From positions 640,001 to 704,000 of the forward strand of contig BK006943.2 of the NCBI GenBank assembly GCA_000146045.2: a DNA stretch of 64,000 nucleotides, read 5' to 3'. A program made the translations under genes and the position numbers. Of the stretch, positions 21,901 through 32,500 are shown in pieces. The notes under the pieces are model-generated. The model worked only from the letters and a program-made list of their open reading frames with translations. It did no database searches and was not told the DNA's origin. Positions within the stretch are counted from its first letter, which is position 1; each line of letters opens with the position of its first letter. The DNA comes from TPA_inf: Saccharomyces. Lineage: Eukaryota.

Positions 21901-23059
21901 TCGCGGTCATTTGTGGAGTAGAAAAGCCGACTTGATGCGGAGCGTCTTCAACGAGCTCGAAATTGGTAATTGAATGGTGGGGGCTATTGCTACTAGACAT
22001 GTAAGTCATTGCACTGGATGCAGAGAAAGACGCATGTCTTTTCGTCTTATGCATGGAAGAGGGAGTGTTCGCCCTGTCGATAACAGCATCGCTTGATGCA
22101 GAGTGAACTGGCACGCCTTTCGTGCTGAACTTGAACTCTCGAAATCCTAGGGAGCCTGCCTTACTAGGAGGAGTTTTCTCTCGCTTATCGTTCATTACTG
22201 GGGCCGAGACGGGAAGTTCTACATTATTTGATTTGGCCAAGGCAACCACGGCCTCTTTCAATTCTTCAGATGTCTTACCAGCAAGGTTCTTCGGGGTGGG
22301 TAGAATAGTCTCTTTATTTCCGGCTATTTTAATGATATGAAGGTCGGTTGGATCATCCGCCGCCACGGAATGGCGCCGCTTGGAGGCAAAAGAAGAAGTC
22401 GAATTTGGTGCTGGCGTCATTCGCCGTGGATCCCCCGTACCTACAAGAGCAGCATGAAGTTTTTGCTGATGCCTGAGCACTAAATCTCTACGAGCAAAAC
22501 ACCTACCGCAAAAGATACAAAGATACGGTTTCTCACGGGTATGCGAATGCTGATGTCTCTTCAAATGCTCCTGCCTGACAAAACCCCTAGTGCATGTGGG
22601 ACACAAGAACGGTCTTGGCTTATCAGTCTTAATAATTCGAGATTTTTTAGGAATGGGCAGAATACCTTGACCAGCGGGCTTAGCGAAATTAGATTGATTA
22701 CCGTTCACAAACATACTTGGCTCCGGCACTAATAAAAAATCTTTATCTGCCCTATCTATTCTAGTATCGCCAATGTCTTTTAGCTTCTTCGCCCTAAAGT
22801 TTCTTTTTGGTGCAAGAGTCTTCGAGAAAAACGTGTGTTGAGAGAGGCAATGTTTAACGAAGAAAAAAAACTCTATGGAAATCCAAGAAGTCCTTGTTTC
22901 TTTGTTTTCGTTTCTAATATATGCAGGGTCAAGCGGGAAAAAGAAAGACAGACGGAAAAGTGCCCAGCAACACGGAACAAAATTGTCCAGATTTATTCGA
23001 GCGGCCGCGGTTAGTATGCATAATGCAGGCGCCCCTCGTCCAAATGCGAACGGTTCCAT
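18917..23059 (-). CDS. RSF2: C2H2 zinc-finger transcription factor with polyQ and Asn/Ser-rich regions, 1380 aa from ATG 23059
   Basis: Two C2H2 fingers: FLCPTCTRGFVRQEHLKRHQHSH and YLCIFCGRCFARRDLVLRHQQKLH. The Q11 tract and C-terminal fungal transcription-factor region fit RSF2. The track ORF starts on TTG 21 nt upstream. Confidence 0.85.
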   Translation of the reverse strand: MEPFAFGRGAPALCILTAAARINLDNFVPCCWALFRLSFFFPLDPAYIRNENKETRTSWISIEFFFFVKHCLSQHTFFSKTLAPKRNFRAKKLKDIGDTRIDRADKDFLLVPEPSMFVNGNQSNFAKPAGQGILPIPKKSRIIKTDKPRPFLCPTCTRGFVRQEHLKRHQHSHTREKPYLCIFCGRCFARRDLVLRHQQKLHAALVGTGDPRRMTPAPNSTSSFASKRRHSVAADDPTDLHIIKIAGNKETILPTPKNLAGKTSEELKEAVVALAKSNNVELPVSAPVMNDKREKTPPSKAGSLGFREFKFSTKGVPVHSASSDAVIDRANTPSSMHKTKRHASFSASSAMTYMSSSNSPHHSITNFELVEDAPHQVGFSTPQMTAKQLMESVSELDLPPLTLDEPPQAIKFNLNLFNNDPSGQQQQQQQQQQNSTSSTIVNSNNGSTVATPGVYLLSSGPSLTDLLTMNSAHAGAGGYMSSHHSPFDLGCFSHDKPTVSEFNLPSSFPNTIPSNSTTASNSYSNLANQTYRQMSNEQPLMSLSPKNPPTTVSDSSSTINFNPGTNNLLEPSMEPNDKDSNIDPAAIDDKWLSEFINNSDPKSTFKINFNHFNDIGFIYSPPSSRSSIPNKSPPNHSATSLNHEKASLSPRLNLSLNGSTDLPSTPQNQLKEPSYSDPISHSSHKRRRDSVMMDYDLSNFFSSRQLDISKVLNGTEQNNSHVNDDVLTLSFPGETDSNATQKQLPVLTPSDLLSPFSVPSVSQVLFTNELRSMMLADNNIDSGAFPTTSQLNDYVTYYKEEFHPFFSFIHLPSIIPNMDSYPLLLSISMVGALYGFHSTHAKVLANAASTQIRKSLKVSEKNPETTELWVIQTLVLLTFYCIFNKNTAVIKGMHGQLTTIIRLLKASRLNLPLESLCQPPIESDHIMEYENSPHMFSKIREQYNAPNQMNKNYQYFVLAQSRIRTCHAVLLISNLFSSLVGADCCFHSVDLKCGVPCYKEELYQCRNSDEWSDLLCQYKITLDSKFSLIELSNGNEAYENCLRFLSTGDSFFYGNARVSLSTCLSLLISIHEKILIERNNARISNNNTNSNNIELDDIEWKMTSRQRIDTMLKYWENLYLKNGGILTPTENSMSTINANPAMRLIIPVYLFAKMRRCLDLAHVIEKIWLKDWSNMNKALEEVCYDMGSLREATEYALNMVDAWTSFFTYIKQGKRRIFNTPVFATTCMFTAVLVISEYMKCVEDWARGYNANNPNSALLDFSDRVLWLKAERILRRLQMNLIPKECDVLKSYTDFLRWQDKDALDLSALNEEQAQRAMDPNTDINETIQLIVAASLSSKCLYLGVQILGDAPIWPIILSFAHGLQSRAIYSVTKKRNTRI
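21761..21793 (-). repeat. (CAA)n/CAG trinucleotide repeat encoding Q11 inside RSF2
   Basis: The + strand reads ttgctg(ttg)8ttgctg, which translates on the minus strand to eleven glutamines. Confidence 0.85.
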
Positions 23060-23280
23060 CCGAAACAGGCCATTTCCCAAAAATTATTTCTCTTAATAGA
23101 AGTTGCTCGCGTAGTTACCTATTGTCGATGCCGCATACGCAGTTACCTTATCCGTTGCCCTACGGAGAATTTCCGCGATGCAGCACCGTGCGGCGAGATC
23201 ACAATTTTCCTTGTACACTCTACTCTGCCCCTGGAGTGGTTCACCCCCGTCTGTGCGTATTTTCGTGTATGATGATATAA
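22921..23280 (+). CDS. Dubious 119-aa ORF overlapping the RSF2 5' end and promoter on the opposite strand
   Basis: Open frame with an ATG start but no domain and low complexity. It overlaps a well-supported gene, so it is likely non-coding. It corresponds in position to the dubious ORF YJR128W. Confidence 0.12.
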   Translation: MQGQAGKRKTDGKVPSNTEQNCPDLFERPRLVCIMQAPLVQMRTVPSETGHFPKIISLNRSCSRSYLLSMPHTQLPYPLPYGEFPRCSTVRRDHNFPCTLYSAPGVVHPRLCVFSCMMI

Positions 23281-23744
23281 GGTCGTTACTACCGTTGATT
23301 CAAAAACAGTTGCTTCTTCCATATATTGTAGCACGAACAACTATGGCCGGCCGCAAATTGCGACAATTACACCTAACGCAGCATTAAGGTCGCAGGAAAT
23401 GTTATCTGCCGAGCTGTTTATCTCTGTTTTCCAAGATTTTTTCAACCAGCCCATGAGTCTGCTGTTGGCGGCAACCCAGTTACAGATAATGGTGCATGTG
23501 ATAAGCTTCGTACCACTATTCGTAGTTTGTTACATCTTGTAAGCCAGTATATATATTTGTTAGATTGTGCCCTAACGTTCCAGTAATTGAAGGGTAACCG
23601 AGGTTTCCGTGGAAAAAAACCGTGTATAAGCAAGAGGTTCCGAGCGAAAAAAAAAAGTATAAAAGAAAGCACAGGCAATGAGATTTGTTTTTCGCTTTTC
23701 CTTCTTATTTGTTAATTCTATTTTTGAAGTTTCCTTCCGAAAAA

Positions 23745-23945
23745 AAGTAACTTTGTCCTAAAGTACTAATCCACCGCATTAGACAGTACGAAGATCGAGC
23801 TATTTATTTGAACACTCGGTCTTATTCGTGATAAGCGTAATGTGGAGAGATCAATTTCCGGGTCATTTATAAGAACTCGAGTGGATTGCTAGTTGTTTTG
23901 ATTAGCTGAATGAGACTCGAGTGTCAGAAGATGACTATATTTTTT
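23745..23945. ncRNA. Candidate small structured ncRNA in the RSF2-EFM3 intergenic region, possibly the H/ACA snoRNA snR3; strand not resolved
   Basis: A TATA element (gtataaaag, about 23657) lies roughly 90 bp upstream and a long T tract (23941-23960) follows. Two copies of the self-complementary octamer ACTCGAGT (about 23873-23881 and 23915-23923) can form an 8-bp stem around a 33-nt loop. The minus-strand reading ends ...GGACAAAG, an ACA box 3 nt from a plausible 3' end. No ORF is present. The snR3 assignment is only an unverified recollection that an H/ACA snoRNA maps near here. Confidence 0.35.
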
Positions 23946-23999
23946 TTCTTTTTTTTTTTAGTTATGTTTTATTTTTGAACTTGTACTTGCACATGTATC

Positions 24000-25019
24000 T
24001 TATTGTTTCGTGATCTTGTAGATCCGTATGGGTGCAATCAAAGGTTTGAATTGCAGGGCTTTCATCGCGCGGATCTCGTTGTTTGCGTCGTACTCTGTGC
24101 TGGTGACTATGGTACATTTTAGCCCGAGTTTATTGCACTCTTGAGAAAACAGTTGGACAGTGGATTCGCTTCTAATTGTCGCGGATAGGAGACACAGTTT
24201 GCATCGGTCTAAAGCAAGACATTCGGCCAGACACTCGCATAGATCAGGAAGGATAGTTGGGTCATACGTAACATCTGCCCCCACTACTAAATCTATATCC
24301 TCAGGAACTCTATCGCTGCCCCACCATAATCTTTGCAACTTGATGTCTGGTTCGTTCTCACGCACTTCATTGTTCAATTCAAAATTTCTTTTCAGCTGCG
24401 TCTCAACGAGATTCGAATCACCATCCGTGACGTACATCTTATTTACGAACTCGTGATACTTTTGTAAAATGACGAGACTCACTATGCCTGTGCCAGCGCC
24501 GACCTCAAGAACATTTAATTTTTTCTTGCCATCGTCTTGTCCTTGTACCGGTGCCAACTCTTGTAAGGGCTTATGAATAAGGAAATCACCCATGTATAAG
24601 GCAGCTTCCCATGTCCTGAAACCTGTAGTACTGGCCGCACTGATCAAATTCGGTGTTTCCTCAATTTTGATCTTTACGTCCTCGTCAAACCTGTACCTCA
24701 CGACGTCTTTCATCATCGGGTCTGGCTTGCCTGTGCTTAATAGTTTTATGTACTTCTCATAGAGATAATCATATATCTCTATCTCGTCTTCGCCATCGTT
24801 GACAATTGTGAATGCCTTCGCGAAAATCCATTCGTGGTCTAAGAGCATCTTGACTATGGTTTTGCAATAATATGCATTCGTCTTTTGCACAAGTTCCATC
24901 TCACAAACAAATCTCGATGCATGCAGGACATCGTTAGATTTGCTTGTTTCCAACTCTTCTAGCAAGTATTTTCCAGGGCACCGCTGATGTAATCTATCGT
25001 AGAATAGATCTTCATTCAT
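24000..25019 (-). CDS. EFM3: Class I SAM-dependent protein-lysine methyltransferase (eEF2 lysine methyltransferase), 339 aa from ATG 25019
   Basis: Motif I LEVGAGTG and an FAM86-like N-terminal region. The track ORF starts on TTG 24 nt upstream. Confidence 0.82.
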   Translation of the reverse strand: MNEDLFYDRLHQRCPGKYLLEELETSKSNDVLHASRFVCEMELVQKTNAYYCKTIVKMLLDHEWIFAKAFTIVNDGEDEIEIYDYLYEKYIKLLSTGKPDPMMKDVVRYRFDEDVKIKIEETPNLISAASTTGFRTWEAALYMGDFLIHKPLQELAPVQGQDDGKKKLNVLEVGAGTGIVSLVILQKYHEFVNKMYVTDGDSNLVETQLKRNFELNNEVRENEPDIKLQRLWWGSDRVPEDIDLVVGADVTYDPTILPDLCECLAECLALDRCKLCLLSATIRSESTVQLFSQECNKLGLKCTIVTSTEYDANNEIRAMKALQFKPLIAPIRIYKITKQ

Positions 25020-25217
25020 GTTATCTTTGACGAGGAGGGTCAAGTTTTACTAGCTCGATTTTTCTGCTTTCTTTTCCTTTTTCATTTACTTATACATTCT
25101 TCATCATTTTTGCGATGATGTACTAACTGCTAGTATTTATTTCGCTGTTTGTCGTGTCCGGACAATCAGCATTAAAATTTTCTACAGAGTTTTCTAATAC
25201 ATATAAACATTTTGGCT

Positions 25218-27137
25218 TTATTCCCCTAAAGCTTTCTCAATGGCACGCTGAAAAACATTGCATAAAACGTCGCTATTTTCCAAACCGACGCTCACTCTTA
25301 CAAGATTTGTTTCGACACCATATTGAGCTACCTCGTCTAATTCCTGGTAGTGGGCAATAATAGCATATGGACACGCCAAAGTGAAATTCGTACCGAGAGA
25401 AGGTCCTTTGCACAATTCCAGATTATTGAAAAACTTCTTTGCCTCTTCAATATTGAAAAAAGTTAGTGAAAATAAACCTCCATACCCACCATCTTTTGTA
25501 GACATAACGCTGTCATAATTCCGCTTGGTATCCTCTGATGTTAAACTGGGGTAATATATTTTCTTGAACAATTTTCCCACCTGAGGCAATAACACCCTTT
25601 TTAACAATATATCAGTGTTTGTATTCACCTTGATTGTACGTTCCACGAAGTCTCTCGAATTTCTTTCCAGGCATAACGCATCTTCGCACCATAGGCAATC
25701 TTCATATCCGTCTTCAGTCTTCATAAATTTTCTAGCAAACTCATAAATCTTTCCTCTAGGATTTAGTACTAAGGATCCTGCAATAACGTTCGAGTCGCCG
25801 CTGAAGATTTTCGTTAGCGAACTACAAACAATATCGGCATACGGTAATACATCTATATTGACAAAGCCACCCACAGTTTCATCGACCACTATGTAAAATG
25901 AATACAAGTCTGATAGCCTTTTCAGTTCTTGTAAATCTCCCATTTTCAACAGTGGGTTCGATGGAGCTTCTATAAATACCGCCAGTATTTGCTCACCAGA
26001 ATGTAAAATATTTTTCAGAGCGTTCATTGACGTTGAATCTCCCTGTCCCAAGAAATGTGTGTGATTGAACTTCCGAAGAATGCTCAGAGTATCTGTATAT
26101 GGGAATCCAAACATGACGGTCTTCTTGAACGGAGGTCCATATCCAATCAACTTATCTTGTCTACTAGAAGACCTTGATAAGCGCTTGGCATCGAAGTTTA
26201 AAAGCAGCCTGTGGGCAGTGAAAATGGACGCCATTCCACTTGGAAATAAGTAAACATCCGTATTAGGGTTGACATGAAACTTCAAGTCATCGGTAGCTGT
26301 GTTTTCAAAAGTACTGTTTGAGCCACTTTCTCCCATAGAAGTAATTGTTTCGGCAGGTATGTCCGAATTCAACTGATCATCATCCAGAGCCTCTCCACTG
26401 CCAACATTGAATGGACCGTTGCTCTCGTTATAGTGTTCAAAAGAGAATAGGTCCGATAGACCTTCAGAGTCAATTTTTTCAACAACTTTTGTGGCAATCC
26501 TCTTTCGTATTAGATATTTGGCTTTATCAGCAGCAAGAAAATTTAAATTTCTCCCAAATCTCGTTTCTATATATTCTTCGTTCACTCTGTTTTCATCTTC
26601 GGTCATAAATTTTTTACCGTTATCCACTGTTTCCATCTTCTTAAGATTATCCTTGACTTGTAATTCATGTAAAATATACTCCGCCATTCTGCTAGATACA
26701 ATCTCACCAGAATGTTGCCAATACTGCTTCATCACGGGGAATATTTCCTGGTCTACAAACACCACCGTGATTTTACATTCCCTTCTCCAGAGCTTTTCCT
26801 CTTGGTTCATAGGTTTAGGTGTACATAGTTGTAAGATGCGTACTTTGGTAGAAAGACCCGTTTTCACTTTGATAAACTCTCTGCACCTATTGGCAACCTT
26901 GTAAGAGGGGAAGCAAAGACAAGCTTCATCTTCCATGGAGTACTTAGCGGATAAAATTTCACATAATTTCTTTATTGACTTGTGTATGAAAAATCTTGGA
27001 TATCCGGTAGTAAGCGAGTTAATTATACTGCTTTCACCCTCTTCATAGCCTACTGTAGCTTCCCATGTGGGCAAACACACGGAAACAGCATGTTTTGTGT
27101 TGGGCGGAATAGATTCACCAATGGTTCTAGATATCAT
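25218..27137 (-). CDS. STR2: Cystathionine gamma-synthase-like PLP enzyme of Cys/Met metabolism, 639 aa
   Basis: C-terminal Cys/Met-metabolism PLP-dependent domain with the conserved SLTK lysine region, and a long N-terminal extension typical of Str2. ATG at 27137. Confidence 0.88.
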   Translation of the reverse strand: MISRTIGESIPPNTKHAVSVCLPTWEATVGYEEGESSIINSLTTGYPRFFIHKSIKKLCEILSAKYSMEDEACLCFPSYKVANRCREFIKVKTGLSTKVRILQLCTPKPMNQEEKLWRRECKITVVFVDQEIFPVMKQYWQHSGEIVSSRMAEYILHELQVKDNLKKMETVDNGKKFMTEDENRVNEEYIETRFGRNLNFLAADKAKYLIRKRIATKVVEKIDSEGLSDLFSFEHYNESNGPFNVGSGEALDDDQLNSDIPAETITSMGESGSNSTFENTATDDLKFHVNPNTDVYLFPSGMASIFTAHRLLLNFDAKRLSRSSSRQDKLIGYGPPFKKTVMFGFPYTDTLSILRKFNHTHFLGQGDSTSMNALKNILHSGEQILAVFIEAPSNPLLKMGDLQELKRLSDLYSFYIVVDETVGGFVNIDVLPYADIVCSSLTKIFSGDSNVIAGSLVLNPRGKIYEFARKFMKTEDGYEDCLWCEDALCLERNSRDFVERTIKVNTNTDILLKRVLLPQVGKLFKKIYYPSLTSEDTKRNYDSVMSTKDGGYGGLFSLTFFNIEEAKKFFNNLELCKGPSLGTNFTLACPYAIIAHYQELDEVAQYGVETNLVRVSVGLENSDVLCNVFQRAIEKALGE

Positions 27138-27211
27138 TTTTTCTTCTGTTCCTCTTCTCTCTCTTGTTTATGTAGGTCCCGAATCGGCACATGAGCGTCA
27201 TTCTACTATCG

Positions 27212-27243
27212 TTATATATATGGGTATATATATATATATATAT
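27212..27243. repeat. (TA)n tract in the STR2 promoter
   Basis: Read directly: tatatata...tatatatatatatatata. Confidence 0.85.
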
Positions 27244-27643
27244 CCAAAATATATGACTAATTTTTAGACCGAGATATTGTGAAGTGCAGAGGCGCTATCA
27301 TGATTTTTGTTTTTTACATCCACGCATGAAGATAAGTCATATTTACTAGGTTTGAAGGGTTTTACCTGAACAACACTGGCAATCATTGAAGTTAATTGAG
27401 TTCTTAAACCGCAAGATATTTTAATATGAATACTGCTATTTTTAAATAAGACTGTAGCAAAATGTGGGGTTAAACTTTTACAAATTCACTTTGGTTGTAA
27501 CGCATTTTCTGTGGAAGAGCAATTATTTGGAATTTTCAGTTTCGCCAAACGAAAGAATGAAAGAAATGTGCTTTGCCAAGAAACGAAAGACGACAGAAAA
27601 AGGTAGTAAAAGAGGAAAAGGTTAAACATTGAAAAAGGATTCT

Positions 27644-29293
27644 ATGAAGAACTCTGTCGGTATTTCAATTGCAACCATTGTTGCTATCATAGCAGCTATA
27701 TACTATGTGCCATGGTACGAACACTTTGAGAGAAAGTCACCGGGGGCCGGAGAAATGAGAGATCGGATTGAAAGCATGTTCTTGGAATCGTGGAGAGACT
27801 ATTCCAAGCATGGCTGGGGATACGATGTGTATGGACCTATTGAGCACACTTCCCATAATATGCCTCGTGGCAACCAGCCGTTAGGCTGGATTATCGTAGA
27901 TTCAGTGGATACCTTGATGTTAATGTATAACTCCTCCACACTATACAAAAGTGAGTTCGAGGCAGAAATTCAGAGATCGGAGCATTGGATAAACGATGTT
28001 TTGGATTTTGATATTGATGCCGAAGTGAATGTTTTTGAAACTACTATTAGAATGCTAGGTGGTTTATTATCCGCATATCATCTATCTGATGTTTTAGAAG
28101 TAGGTAATAAGACTGTCTACTTGAACAAAGCAATAGATTTGGGGGATAGGCTTGCTTTGGCGTTCTTATCCACTCAGACCGGAATTCCATACTCAAGTAT
28201 AAACCTTCATAGTGGCCAAGCGGTTAAGAACCATGCAGATGGGGGGGCATCTTCTACCGCAGAATTCACTACGCTACAAATGGAATTCAAATATCTGGCG
28301 TATTTGACAGGAAATCGTACTTATTGGGAGCTGGTGGAGCGTGTTTACGAGCCATTATACAAAAATAACGATCTTCTAAATACCTACGATGGATTGGTTC
28401 CAATTTATACATTTCCAGATACTGGGAAGTTTGGTGCTTCGACTATCCGGTTCGGATCAAGAGGTGATTCTTTTTATGAGTATTTACTAAAACAATATTT
28501 ATTGACGCACGAAACACTTTATTATGATCTGTACAGAAAATCCATGGAAGGTATGAAAAAGCATTTATTAGCACAATCCAAACCCTCTTCTCTGTGGTAC
28601 ATTGGGGAAAGAGAACAAGGTCTACATGGACAACTTTCTCCTAAGATGGACCACCTCGTGTGCTTTATGGGGGGATTGTTAGCATCAGGCTCTACTGAGG
28701 GCCTTTCTATTCATGAAGCCCGAAGACGTCCGTTTTTCTCTCTTTCCCTTGAAAGAAAAAGTGACTGGGATTTGGCTAAAGGGATAACTGACACATGTTA
28801 TCAAATGTACAAGCAGTCTTCCTCGGGGCTTGCGCCTGAAATCGTTGTCTTCAATGATGGAAACATAAAACAGGATGGTTGGTGGCGGTCGTCTGTGGGT
28901 GATTTTTTTGTTAAACCACTCGATAGGCACAACCTACAAAGACCAGAAACGGTGGAATCGATTATGTTCATGTATCATTTATCTCATGATCACAAATATC
29001 GTGAATGGGGGGCGGAAATCGCAACTAGCTTCTTTGAAAATACCTGTGTTGATTGTAATGACCCAAAATTAAGGCGGTTCACCAGTTTAAGTGATTGTAT
29101 CACGTTACCTACAAAGAAATCTAACAATATGGAAAGTTTCTGGTTGGCAGAGACTTTAAAGTATTTATATATATTGTTTTTAGACGAGTTTGATTTGACC
29201 AAAGTTGTTTTCAACACAGAAGCTCATCCTTTTCCAGTATTAGACGAAGAAATATTAAAATCGCAGTCTCTGACCACAGGTTGGTCGTTGTAG
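27644..29293 (+). CDS. MNS1: ER alpha-1,2-mannosidase (glycoside hydrolase family 47), type II membrane protein, 549 aa from ATG 27644
   Basis: GH47 motifs (RxxGG..., catalytic Glu/Asp residues) and an N-terminal signal anchor. The track ORF starts on TTG 15 nt upstream. Confidence 0.9.
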   Translation: MKNSVGISIATIVAIIAAIYYVPWYEHFERKSPGAGEMRDRIESMFLESWRDYSKHGWGYDVYGPIEHTSHNMPRGNQPLGWIIVDSVDTLMLMYNSSTLYKSEFEAEIQRSEHWINDVLDFDIDAEVNVFETTIRMLGGLLSAYHLSDVLEVGNKTVYLNKAIDLGDRLALAFLSTQTGIPYSSINLHSGQAVKNHADGGASSTAEFTTLQMEFKYLAYLTGNRTYWELVERVYEPLYKNNDLLNTYDGLVPIYTFPDTGKFGASTIRFGSRGDSFYEYLLKQYLLTHETLYYDLYRKSMEGMKKHLLAQSKPSSLWYIGEREQGLHGQLSPKMDHLVCFMGGLLASGSTEGLSIHEARRRPFFSLSLERKSDWDLAKGITDTCYQMYKQSSSGLAPEIVVFNDGNIKQDGWWRSSVGDFFVKPLDRHNLQRPETVESIMFMYHLSHDHKYREWGAEIATSFFENTCVDCNDPKLRRFTSLSDCITLPTKKSNNMESFWLAETLKYLYILFLDEFDLTKVVFNTEAHPFPVLDEEILKSQSLTTGWSL

Positions 29294-29521
29294 GTTAGTG
29301 TGCTATATAGTGGCCAGATTCGCCTTTTAAAATTCACTATGCGGTGTGATGATGTGCTATACCATTTTTTCCATGTTTAGGAAAATGAAAAATTTGCAAT
29401 GCTTACTTCAGCAAAAAAGTATATTTGAATCAATATTCATTTATATATTTCAGCATAATCAATCATTTTTCGTCTGGATATTTGACACAATTTTGATTTT
29501 GACGAAGACATTTTATTCTCG

Positions 29522-32500
29522 ATGGATATTACAGAATTGTTACAGTGCTTTGCCTGTACTTTGGACCATAACGCTGCCGTAAGAACTAATGCAGAAACAC
29601 ATCTTAAAAATGCAAGTAAAGTACCGGGATTCTTAGGCGCATGCCTGGATATCATTGCTGCTGATGAAGTACCAGAAAACATCAAATTATCAGCTTCCTT
29701 ATATTTCAAGAATAAGATTACATACGGATGGTCTGCTGGTGCAAGACAGGGTTCAAATGAATTATTAGATTCACATGTTGATCCGGATGAAAAACCAGTA
29801 GTAAAAGATATGTTAATTAAAACAATGGTCAGTGTGTCCAAGACCTCCCCGCGTTGTATCAGAGTGCTAAAATCTGCCCTTACTGTAATTATTTCAGAAG
29901 ATTACCCTAGCAAAAAATGGGGCAATTTGTTACCAAATTCCTTAGAATTACTCGCAAATGAAGACATCACAGTAACATATGTCGGACTTCTGTGTCTTGC
30001 TGAGATTTTTAGGACCTATAGGTGGAAGAATAATGATGAAAGACAGGACTTAGAAGAGTTGATTTTAAATTATTTCCCTGCTTTATTAAACTATGGCGCA
30101 AATGTCCTTTTCCAAGATGGTAAATATATGAATAACGAGCAAATTGGCGAATTGGTAAAATTAATCATTAAAATTTATAAGTTCGTTTCATACCATGACC
30201 TACCATTTACATTACAACGCTCAGAATCGTTTACCCCATGGGCATGTTTTTTTGTCAGCATCATTCAGCAGCCATTGCCTCAGGAAGTTTTGGCTATATC
30301 AGATATTGAGGTCAGAAGTAAAAATCCATGGGTCAAATGTAAGAAATGGGCTCTTGCAAACCTTTATAGACTTTTCCAGAGATACGCATCAACGTCATTA
30401 ACAAGGAAGTTTCAGTACGATGAGTTTAAACAGATGTACTGTGAAGAGTTTTTGACTCAGTTTTTGCAAGTCGTCTTCGATCAAATCGAGAAATGGGGAA
30501 CTGGACAGTTGTGGTTAAGTGACGAATGCTTATACTACATATTGAACTTTGTTGAGCAGTGTGTTGTGCAGAAAACAACTTGGAAACTTGTTGGGCCCCA
30601 CTACAATGTAATACTTCAACATGTCATTTTCCCACTACTAAAGCCCACTGCAGAGACTTTGGAGGCCTTTGACAATGACCCTCAAGAATATATCAACCGG
30701 AATATGGACTTTTGGGATGTCGGCTATTCCCCAGATCTTGCCGCACTGGCTTTGCTAACGACATGCGTGACGAAACGCGGTAAAACGACCTTACAACCGA
30801 CCTTAGAATTTATGGTCTCAACCTTACAAAGTGCCGTTGGTGATTACAACAATATTATGTTGGATAATGCCTTGCAAATTGAGTCCTGTTTGAGAATATT
30901 CTCCAGCATTATTGACCGTTTGATAACTAAAGATTCTCCATTTGCCAGTGAGATGGAAAAGTTTATATTGACATACGTTTTACCTTTTTTTAAGTCTCAG
31001 TATGGGTTTCTGCAAAGTCGTGTTTGCGATATTTGTTCGAAGTTGGGTTCTATGGATTTCAAAGACCCGGTAATAACCTCTACTATCTACGAAGGTGTTA
31101 TGAATTGTCTGAATAACTCTTCTAATTCTTTACCTGTAGAATTGACAGCTGCATTGGCATTGCAAACTTTTATCAGTGATGACCAGTTTAATATGAAGTT
31201 ATCCGAACACGTTGTTCCTACTATGCAGAAATTACTAAGTTTGTCTAATGATTTTGAATCTGATGTCATTTCAGGCGTTATGCAAGATTTTGTGGAGCAG
31301 TTTGCTGAGCAATTACAACCTTTTGGTGTTGAATTAATGAACACTTTGGTCCAACAGTTTTTGAAATTAGCTATTGATCTGCATGAAACATCCAATTTGG
31401 ATCCAGATTCCTTCACGAACGTTGATAGCATACCCGATGAATCTGACAAGCAAATGGCGGCGCTAGGTATTTTGTCGACTACGATATCTATTCTGTTGTC
31501 TTTTGAGAATTCACCTGAAATTTTAAAAAACTTGGAACAGTCATTTTATCCAGCTGCAGAGTTTATTTTGAAAAACGACATCGAAGATTTCTATCGCGAA
31601 TGTTGCGAATTTGTAGAGAACTCTACATTCCTACTAAGAGATATCACACCCATCAGCTGGAAAATTTTGGAGCTGATTGGAGAATGTAATAGAAAACCAG
31701 ATAGTATGGTATCTTATTATTTAAGTGATTTCATGCTAGCCTTAAATAATATCCTCATTTATGGAAGGAACGAATTAAAGAAGAACGAGTTTTACACAAA
31801 AATCATATTCGAAATATATCAAAAGGCTGTTACTGCAGAAGATAATTCGTTAGACGATCTTAGAGTGGTTTTTGATTTATCCCAAGAGTTGGTTCTTGCA
31901 TTAGATGACAGTTTACCTCAACAATACAGAGAGCGCCTACTGGCGGATGTTGTCGGCTCTATTCTAACGCAAAAGAATGAATTGAAAACTAATGTTGTAT
32001 TTAGTGTGACTGCTTTTAATGTCGTAATCTCAAATATGATAACAGAGCCTTTGATCACGCTTCAGTACCTGAAACAGCAAGGTTGTCTTGAAATCTTCTT
32101 TCAAACGTGGATTACAGACTATATTCCGAATTATAAAAGGTGCTATGATATCAAATTATCAGTTCTTGCGTTATTAAAAATTATACTGAAGTTAGAAAGC
32201 AACGATTATTCAGTGTTGAACTTAGAAAATTTGGTTCCGCAATTAGGGAGTATTGTTACGCAGTTAGCTTCGAGGCTACCAACGGCGTTAAGGCAATTAG
32301 CTAACCAACGCAAGGAATTCTCATCATCCGGTTTTGAAGAGGATACTAAGTGGGATGAAAATTTTCTTGACGTTGGAGACGATGATGAAAATGATGACGA
32401 GGGAGACCTTACTGAGAAATATCTGGAACTGATAAAAAATAGAGCCGATTCCTTGGACTTCGTAGATGGTTATGACGCAAAGGAAACTTTCGATGACCTA

